Origin: Eledone cirrhosa
Lineage: Eukaryota
DNA: 64,000 nucleotides
Direction of reading: 5' to 3'
NCBI GenBank assembly: GCA_964016885.1
Contig: OZ024743.1
Coordinates: 71,920,001-71,984,000, forward strand
Shown piece after piece: positions 54,663 to 64,000 of this stretch. How positions within the stretch are numbered: position 1 is the first letter of the stretch; every line of letters begins with the position of its first letter. Below the pieces are notes generated by a model. That model worked only from the letters and a program-made list of their open reading frames with translations, had not been told where the DNA came from and made no database searches. The translations under genes were made by a program, and so were the position numbers.

Positions 54663-56410
54663 AATACATTCTAATAACCGGCGATATGAGTATCTCCATT
54701 TATACATAGACAGTCATTTCTGGTGTCACACCTCAATAGTAGAGTTTCCAGCCTCCATCCAAATTTACAGTATCAAAGCCATTAAGTTTTGTAGAGGAAA
54801 CACCGAGTATATCTAGCCGATAGCATCTAATCACCTCCGTTAGTTCCTGCTTCTACCTGTAAGAACTATGATATTCCAGGTTCGATTTCTCAAGGTTTGC
54901 TCCCTTCCAAACCTCCTTTGTGCGGTGAGGTATGCAATATATGTGCGTCCATGCCAAGCGTTCCAGCACAAATCGCAAGCCCATAACCAGTTTGCACAGC
55001 ATGAAATAGAGACTTCACTATATTCTTTTGAACAGGCATGTCTACTTAAGGCCTGATCGTGTCTCTTTAAAGAAAGCTCAAAGGATGAAGCGGTATGATT
55101 TTTCTTGTTATCTCTCACCATATTGCAATTTTAGTGGTTTTATTCGTGTCACTCACACATCTGGTACTTTATCAAACCTGCGAAGACTAGACTTTTTATG
55201 AGTTGACCATTACTTTCCTCGTTATAGCTACATCTCTGGGTGTTGAGGGTTTTCCCGGTTGCTAAATGGGCCACCCATTGCTCCATCCCCCCACTAGTAG
55301 TTACTTGTTCGTCCGGCAATTACTCGTTTTTATCGCAGCAAAGCAGCATATCTGGTGGCGGTATCGCTATGCGCCACCTGCGGCCCGTTCTAGCTCTGCG
55401 GAAAATAGTTTGTTGATCTCCTAAACAGCAATATTTGATATTCACGATGTAGTTCTGAGAAAGATGACTAATCCCTCTCACAAGAGCAATTAAAAGCTCA
55501 AATTTGGCAAACGCTGCAGAGAAAGTTTCCCTGGAGGACTCAAATGTCCCAAGCGGATTAAATCTCTGGAAAGGCACCTAAGACATCGAGAGTGATTATT
55601 CCAGTTAGTCAAGAGAGATTGCTCCAATCATAGAGACATCTCCTTATTAACCCTCCCCGATACACTGTCACTATTTCCAGAATTCTCAGCAACTTGATTT
55701 GCAAGTAACTATCGGTACAATGACTTATTGAAACCTGATATCCTATCAATAAATCCGATACGTCTGGACTAATAAAATAATATACCAATTAATTTCAGCT
55801 AATATTAGCGTAAAAGGCATGATATCGTCAGATGTTTCTGTTTAACAAAACATTATACTGGTTATTTATTTTCGTATTTAATTATTGCTTTTTAATAAGA
55901 CGCCTAATGAATTACTTTTTTTATTATCCGATTCACGAAATCGATAATGTGTAATCTTTTGTGTTTGTCCATTATTAAATTTTCATAGAAATAATATTCA
56001 TAGAAAGGGGAGGGGGGGCCATATTTTACGATATTTTTTCAGTTTTGTTATATTTATAACTTGTATCAATTAACTGGTTACATCGTTTCCTGAGACCTCC
56101 TGCAACTATTGTCCAATACGAAGAAGACATTAGCAATTATTAGATCAATTATAATTTCATTTCTCATTCTGCAGGTTATTAGAAGAAGAAAAAAAACAGT
56201 AATTATTGAATCAAAATAATACCAGAATAGTGATTTTATATAGATTAAGAGGAACATTTCACTAGCCTTTATTTGTTTTCTGTTTTTATAAACTGTTTGA
56301 GGAGGATAAATTCCAATACATATTACCAACAATTTCCCGTAATTGTCATAATTAACTTCATTTATCAGATAATAATAAAAAAGTTTTTCGATTATTTGGA
56401 GGCTGGTGTA

Positions 56411-56457
<47 letters not shown>

Positions 56458-56518
56458 CTATATATATACATACATGTGTGGGTGTGTGTAGATACATGTA
56501 GATTGTACACGAGTATAT

Positions 56519-56562
<44 letters not shown>

Positions 56563-56656
56563 ATTAATCTCCAGAGTCTAGCTTTTGACCAGTTAATTTT
56601 CTTGATTCTTTTAGTTGATTCTATTGACTGATAAATAGCTTATGTTAACTTTAACC

Positions 56657-57153
56657 CATCTGTTGAGAACTGTATTCGATTTGTGATGTTTTGCATTCTT
56701 GCAATATTATACACAGCTGAATTCATTCGCCTAAAATAAGTGTTGCCTCTCTTGCTGAACTCCACGTGGGGTCAGTAATAGTCACACTTTGAATTAGCAA
56801 TTGAACTAAAACCTGTTGATAAAGTGGATTCCTTGTTCAATCATCTTACCAGAAGCCTAACCTTTTTTATGTAAGCGGACAGTACTTGATTTAGGAGTCG
56901 CATAAACCCAAATACTGGATTTTACCAGCCTTCCAGGGGTCCGGGTAAATTTTCAATCACATATATTTTTATTGTTTGACCCGAATTACTTGGTCGTTTC
57001 TTTGGCTGTGCGGATGTTTGTTTAACCATCGTCTCAGTGTGTTTGGCCTTTAACGTATGTTGTAGCTCTGATTCATCTGAATCATCGAGCGCTTGCCACA
57101 CATCTCGGAAGTTGTTTTTCGTCAATTCCTAAGCCGAAATACGATTCTCGCTA

Positions 57154-57158
<5 letters not shown>
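56657..57158. repeat. Dispersed repeat family C, copy 1, flanked by (TA)n
   Basis: Collinear with 60965-61470 and has the same right end GATTCTCGCTAATTTATA. Confidence 0.88.
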
Positions 57159-57229
<71 letters not shown>

Positions 57230-57409
57230 CATATAAATTGTATATACATTATACATATAAATTGTATATATATTATACATATAAATTGTATATATATATA
57301 TATTGTATATCTTTGAGGACTTAAATTCTCCACGCTATGACTCTACTAAAAATAAATGGAGTAGAAGTTTAAAACCAGAAATAAGAGAATATATAAGAAT
57401 GAGCTGATA

Positions 57410-57451
57410 GTCATTAAAAACCCACAGAATTTGTGGCGAAAGATTTTTGAC
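57410..57451 (+). ncRNA. Degenerate minimal HHR
   Basis: GTCA-TTAAAAA-C-CCACA-GAATT-TGTGG-C-GAAA-GATT-TT-TGAC; stems are intact but the core is mutated. Confidence 0.5.
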
Positions 57452-57744
57452 AAACGAATGAATAACAGGCAATAAATATAAAGTGAATATCGTATGGTAC
57501 TTGTTTCATTTTATTGGTAATACATGTTGACAGACCTCTTTAGTGGCACATATCAAAGTTGTTAATGTCATATCAAGTTAGTCACATATGGAACTGCATG
57601 GTGAGTGCCTTAGAATAAGACATTAAAGTATACATAAATGATAGAAATAGTGTACCTATTGGATACACATTTACTTTAGATCTCACGAAAGGCCATACAA
57701 CCATGCTGCAAGTATTACCCTATGTGTGTGTGTGTGTGTGTGTG

Positions 57745-57990
57745 TGACAGCTCACACCTATGCAGGTTTAGCTGGCCTCCTCCAAGGTATATCTCGTTGG
57801 AAGTTTCTTGGGTGATTTAATGATAGCGACCCCAGTCCTATCACCTCATTTCTTTAGCTGAGTAAACTGGAGCAACGTGAAATAAAGTGTCTTGCTCAAG
57901 GAAACAACACATCACCCGGTCCGAGAATTGTACTCACAACCTTTCGATTGCAAGCCCAATGCTCTAACCCATAAGCCATGCGCCTTCACA
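57745..57990 (-). mobile_element. SINE family 2 with its tail in a (CA)n tract
   Basis: Reverse complement of 54405-54650. Confidence 0.85.
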
Positions 57991-58644
57991 TGAACGGGCT
58001 TTAATTTACATTTATTTCTTTTACTTTAACTTCACTGTTTTTTTGGAATTGCAAACTGTTCAGCACAAACTAAGTGATGTAACTGCTTGGCTACCCTTCA
58101 TCTCTGTCTGGTCACATCTCCTTTCATCCGTACTACAATGAACATGTCAGTGAATTCTATTTTCACAAAAGTCTATATTCTGAAACATTTCCTCTGTATA
58201 CTCTTTCTTCCAAACTTATCAAATACAGAAATCTAAGTTGAAAATTACTCAGTTGTGTTCGCCGGTCTTAGAAATTTCATGAAAGCTAAGATAATAATTA
58301 CAGTAGGTATTTCTAGTATTATGGTTGTTTGATATTGTTTCCTATTGGTTCCAGTGATTGAACTCAATCATTTGTCTACTGCATATTTAATAGTTCCGTA
58401 ACTTGCAATAACACTGTCGTTATTGGCAGTAAAGATCAGTGAATCGGATAACACAGATATAATAAGAAAGGCAGACTAATCCTGTTCGAATCTAACATGC
58501 TCTCCCCAACGGTCACTCAAACACACACACACACAGCTACACATACACACGTGCACACATACATGCTTACAAACACACACACACACACACGCAAACAAGC
58601 ACACATACACTCAAACACACATACTCACAAGCACACCCATGCTG

Positions 58645-58744
<100 letters not shown>

Positions 58745-58858
58745 TACGAATACGTGGTAAAATGAATGCGTGGTAAATTGAACACCATATTCACATATGA
58801 AATATATCACACGCTATGCATAAATATGCAGATATACCCGCATTTGCACATTCGCATT

Positions 58859-58889
<31 letters not shown>

Positions 58890-59832
58890 GCATATGTGTG
58901 TGTGTATATATATGTGTGTATGTGTGTGCATGAAGAAGCACACAATGATAAATGGATACATGTATTCTACAGCAACTCGTGTCTTCTCCAAAAGCAGTAA
59001 ATTATATATACTTCAATGGGGTATAATTCCCTATTGTCAAGACAAAAGGTAAATTTTTAATAATATAGAATAAAATGGTAGCTTTCTTGAAGATATTGCT
59101 ATCAATAAATGTATATAAGAATTTCAATCAGAAGAAATAGCTGGACAACAGACAATATTTATCGTGTAAACTGACCATTATGCAATAACGCTAACTTTTA
59201 GTGAATATATCTCTCTTACATTTACCCTTTCCATATAATTAACGTAAGAAATGGAAAATAATTGCTGAAGAAAATATCACCTATTCCAGGCGAATTTTAG
59301 AATACCAATAATATGTATATTATGTAAGACAGCTGTCATTGTATATTATATATCAAACATAGTTGGATGCAATAGCTCATAATCTACGTATCAAAAGATT
59401 TGTTTAGTAACAGACAGTCGTATATGTCTCGGTTCTACAACTTTCAGAAGGAGATTCAGAATAAAAGCATTACAGATAAATATATTTTAACAGCCTGAAG
59501 AAATATTATCCAAACATTCTACTGTTGCACAGACTCTTTAAATGGTTATTTATTTTCACATATGTTCAAGTCACCGAGGGTGACGCATCTTAATAGCACT
59601 CTGTTTCCATTTTTACACACATGCAACACTCTTAATATATATATATATATACGGAAAAAATAAAACGAAATTTCATTTCTCACTCTTAGTACGGCTGTTA
59701 CTTAAATAACAAATGAGCAACGATCGTTGCTAGACACTGTACGGCTTAATACGGGATGCTTGTTTACAAACACACCGAGCATTATAAAAAATGTTCGGTG
59801 AATCCATACGTACATATATATATGTGTGCATG

Positions 59833-59925
<93 letters not shown>

Positions 59926-60067
59926 TACTGTACATCTGTATACATATATGTATGTACGTATACATACTTATATTTAAGTAACAGCCGTACTAAGAGGGAG
60001 AAATGAAATTTCGTTTCATTTTTTCCGTTTATCGTTTTCGGTACCCCGGCCGATTAACTCACTCGAT

Positions 60068-60075
60068 ATGCAAAT
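60068..60075 (+). promoter_or_regulatory. Octamer ATGCAAAT 80 nt upstream of the HHR core
   Basis: Exact octamer, also present in the 28.6-kb copy; function is inferred. Confidence 0.4.
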
Positions 60076-60150
60076 TAGGCTGCTCAGCCGTTAATATGCA
60101 TAAGGAAAGTATATACTTTCAGACGTTCAACCATCTGGCAGGAAGGTATA

Positions 60151-60191
60151 CGTTGCTGACGATAGCTAATAAGCTTGAAACTAGTACAGCG
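60151..60191 (+). ncRNA. Minimal HHR with intact core (family A)
   Basis: CGTTG-CTGACGA-T-AGCT-AATA-AGCT-T-GAAA-CTAG-TA-CAGCG. Confidence 0.87.
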
Positions 60192-60397
60192 TTCCTTTGT
60201 CAGTGTTGAACAAATGAGCAACGATGGTTGCTAGACACTGTACCGCTTAATTCGGGATGTTTGTTTACAAACACACCGAGCATTATAATAAATGTTCGGT
60301 GAATCCATACGTACATATATATATGTGTGCATGTATGTATATATATATATACATACTACTGTACGTCTGTATACATATATGTTTGTACGTATACATA

Positions 60398-60458
<61 letters not shown>

Positions 60459-60461
<3 letters not shown>

Positions 60462-60900
60462 GATAAATCTACCAAGAGTTTACGGTAGTGTCCAATCCGT
60501 ATGAAGAACTCAATGTAATCCGGATATCATGGAAAGAAGAGATGCATTCAAAAATCACTTTCGGTGAAAGATAAACGGAATACAGAGTCAAGATAAAATA
60601 TTAAAAAAATAATGAATAAAACAATGAAACAGTTCCTTATATTAAACAAAAAAAGTTCATTATTTAACGATCGTTTCTAGGACATATATGTGTTAGATTA
60701 TTTCTGAAGACGGCATATATATGTGTTGGTATGTATATTAAATTTGATAGTTTGTATAATTTTGTATAATTTTGTACATAGATCTGTTGAATATGCATGC
60801 CAATTCTAACACATATATGTCCTAGAAACGATCGTTAAATAATCAACTTTTTTTGTTTAATATAAGGAACTGTTTCATTGTTTTATTCATTATTTTTTTA

Positions 60901-60910
<10 letters not shown>
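60459..60910. mobile_element. Fold-back PLE-like element (arms 60593-60697 / 60805-60910) with left extension
   Basis: Reverse-complement arms with (TA)n on both sides. Confidence 0.87.
60698..60842 (+). ncRNA. HHR with a 114-nt stem II domain
   Basis: TTATTT-CTGAAGA-[long hairpin]-GAAAC-GATC-GTT-AAATAA. Confidence 0.75.
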
Positions 60911-60956
<46 letters not shown>

Positions 60957-60964
60957 TATATATA

Positions 60965-61470
60965 TCTGTTGAGAGCTTAATTCGTTTTGTGATGTTTTGA
61001 ATTCTTGCAATAATATACACATACTGAATTCATCCGCGTAAAATAAGGGTTGTCTCCCTTACCGAGCCCCACGTGGGGTCGGTAACGGTCATTCCTTAAA
61101 TTTTATCACTCGAACTAAAACCTGTTGAAAAAGTGGCTTCCTTGTTCAATCATCTTACCAGAAGCCTAACATTATTTGTGTAAGCAGACAGTACTTGATT
61201 TAGGAGTCGCAGAAACCCAAATGCAGGATGTTACCAACCATCCAGGGGTCCGGGTAAATTTTTTCAATCACATATATTTGTATTTGTTTGACTCGAATTA
61301 CCTGGTCGTTTTTATGGCTGTGCGGATGATTGTTTAACCATCGTCTCAGTGTGTTTGGCCTTTAAAGTATGTTGTAGCTCTGGTTCATCTGAATCATTGA
61401 GCGCTTGCCAGACATCTCGGAAGTTGTTTTTCGTTAATTCCTAAGCCGAAATACGATTCTCGCTAATTTA
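60965..61470. repeat. Dispersed repeat family C, copy 2
   Basis: Collinear with 56657-57158. Confidence 0.88.
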
Positions 61471-61486
61471 TATCTATCTATCTATC

Positions 61487-61558
<72 letters not shown>

Positions 61559-62456
61559 GATAGATATATATATATATACACATGTGTGTGTGTGTGTGTG
61601 TGTGCGTTACGGGGTTTAACACACGAAGAAATATAGTTTAGATTATTAGCCACCATGTGAGAAATTAGATAAATGTAAATGAAGTATTGCTTCCTTCGTT
61701 CACAGCTTATTTACTGTTCTTCAGAAGAAACACCTCGTTTTATGTCCACGTCGAGAAGTAATGCTAATAGTTATTTCTATTAAACGGAAACCAGGACGCT
61801 GCTGAAATGGTGCCACAGGATGTTTTGCAGAAATGCCTATCATTAAATTAATCACACCCAGTCAGAATGTTTGATATGCAACATTAGAATTGCTCTTTGA
61901 GAAAGAGCAATTCATGTAATAATCTATGGGCTAAACAGACTGACCAACCCGCAATTGGTAAGCATGCTGAGTAAGGCTACATTACTGACATGAGTAAAAC
62001 TAAAATGAAAGCGATTGAGGTTTTTGTATTTGTTTAGCACGATTTTTTAAAAATCTGAAAACGTGTTTTGATACAGATATTGTTGTACTTTGGGAGAGTC
62101 ATGCTGCCAATAAAATAAATACACACGCACCTGTTGGATTTCACTTTAATTTACTCTTATAATTTTCCGCATGGTTAGTATAAAACCGGATGGTTGTTTA
62201 TTTGTTTATTGTCAAAGTAGTTTCGTCGCACATTCTGTGAGCTCTACAGTGATTACGTTTGTTGTTAGATTGTCTCTCCTTTGATCTGTTCTACTTCATC
62301 TTGTTTTGTTAGCAGTATGACCCTCCCAATGAATATCAATGTCGATACACAAAACGCCACCACCAACAGTTTTGCAAGAGATTTTATTTTTATCTAAAGA
62401 CATTTCTTCCAATTCCATCCCGCTCATCCCCTCAATCTATCTTATTTCTCATCTTT

Positions 62457-62492
62457 TCTTCTGATGAAGGAGTAGCGTCCGAAACGTTAAGA
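62457..62492 (+). ncRNA. Minimal HHR in a PLE-type pLTR remnant
   Basis: TCTT-CTGATGA-A-GGA-GTAGCG-TCC-GAAA-CG-TT-AAGA; palindromic AACGTT. Confidence 0.85.
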
Positions 62493-62616
62493 CCCTCTTC
62501 CTGCTATATCAAGCGTTAACCTAATATATCCCTTCCATATACTGTACCGATTGTGTTGTTATTTCTGTTTACCCTTTACATATACTGTATATATATATAT
62601 AGAGAGAGAGATATAT

Positions 62617-63463
62617 AAATGTAATCTGAGTTTTTCGAATATTAATAATAACATTCGATTCGTTTGCAATGTTGCAAACAAGCCTCAATTTTATAGCCAT
62701 TTCAGTAGAATTAACCCTTCATTCTTGCTCTTGTGTTGGCATGTAAACAGAACTACAGACACTAATGTTTCTGGGTATCATCAGTACAGCTCACTGTTTA
62801 CCTGCCAAACTGTCAGAGCTAGTGAAAATATCTGCTATTTTCAAAAATACACAGTGACTGATCGGCCTGATTTGCATATTAGCAGACTGGCTGATCAGTC
62901 AGATCTGCATATCAGCAGACTCGCCAGTCAGTTTCCTGTATACGAGCGATAACTGGCCGACTTTGCCAAATTCAAATAAAAAAAAAAAGAAAATGTTCGC
63001 TCTACATGGCTGAATACAATAAATGTAATCTCAGTTTTCCGAATATTAATAATTGTTTCTACTTTTCGCACAAGGCCAGCAATAACATTCGATTCGTTTG
63101 CAATTTTGCAAACAAGCCTGAATTTTATAGCCATGTCAGTAGAATGAACCCTTCATTCTTGCTCTTGTGTTGGCATGCGAACAGAACTGTATTTTTGAAA
63201 ATAACATATATTTTCACTAGCTCTGACAGTTTGGCAGGTGAACAGTGAGCTGTATTGATGAAGGGTGATACCCAGAAACATTAGTGCCTGCAGTTCTGTT
63301 CACATGCCGAAACAAGAGGAAGAATGAAGGGTTCATTCTACTAACATGGCTCTAAAATTGAGGCTTGTTTGCAAAATTGCAAGCGAATCGAATGTTATTA
63401 TTAATATTCGAAAAACTCAGATTACATTTATTGTACTCAGCCATGTAGAGCGAACATTTTCTT
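62617..63463. mobile_element. HHR repeat family B: ~404-bp unit, partial tandem on the - strand plus an inverted + strand copy
   Basis: AAATGTAATCT recurs at 62617 and 63021; inversion at ~63190; HHRs at 62750-62792 (-) and 63247-63296 (+); octamer at 62870-62877; ~30-bp SINE tail inserted at ~63051-63080. Confidence 0.87.
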
Positions 63464-63500
<37 letters not shown>

Positions 63501-63887
63501 AGTGTGTGAGAGTGTGTGTGTGTGTGCGCAAATGTGTATGTAGTAGTATGTATTTTTTTCACACATCCTTAAAAACTTATTTGCTTTTTCTATGACGTCT
63601 CCTTGTTAGTTTCTCAATTTATCGCCTGCTGTCAATGTACCTTTATCGTATTCCACGATAAAGAACACATAATTGTATTTGCGAAATCTCTGATTACAAT
63701 TCCATTTCTTTTTAGATCTGGTGAAAATGTCAAAGTTCTCGTGACGGTCTGGAACTTGCAAAATTCAGACAATCTGGTTAGTCTAGTAAATATCTTCAAG
63801 GCGATATATTTGGTAAACAATTGGGCAAGTAAATTGTCATTTCGGCAAATTAAGTATTCTTGTACTACACACACCTATATATATGTA

Positions 63888-64000
<113 letters not shown>

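Larger units (their letters stand above)
59651..60400 (+). mobile_element. HHR repeat family A: inverted tail plus partial tandem dimer
   Basis: 59651-59708 is inverted; the unit start ACAAATGAGCAACG recurs at 59709 and 60210. Confidence 0.88.

Overview
Gene-free, AT-rich eukaryotic DNA, almost all retroelements and microsatellites. The repeat spectrum suggests a mollusc, probably an octopus-like cephalopod (inference only). I see no host gene, tRNA or rRNA gene; most short ORFs are microsatellite or antisense-LINE artefacts. Layer 1 is (AAT)n-associated LINE stacks: at ~2.9-20.1 kb, R4/Dong-type RT+RLE LINEs (all + strand) and Tx1-like L1 LINEs (all - strand); at ~37.9-47.8 kb, two more - strand Tx1-like LINEs. 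tRNA-derived SINEs, a CRE-like RLE fragment and RTE relics are also present. Layer 2 is a dense set of fold-back or tandem elements in (TA)n tracts with Penelope-like (PLE) pseudo-LTR architecture. I folded hammerhead ribozyme (HHR) motifs by eye in most of them. They include minimal forms, a full three-stem form, a 114-nt stem II form, U3-A8 covariant cores and a U4A core. Two unrelated ~400-440 bp tandem non-coding HHR families each carry an ATGCAAAT octamer 80-85 nt upstream of the core, like retrozymes/newt satellite 2. One Hydra-clade-like PLE GIY-YIG fragment has a TGA at a conserved Cys. All folds and alignments were done by eye; element boundaries are approximate.
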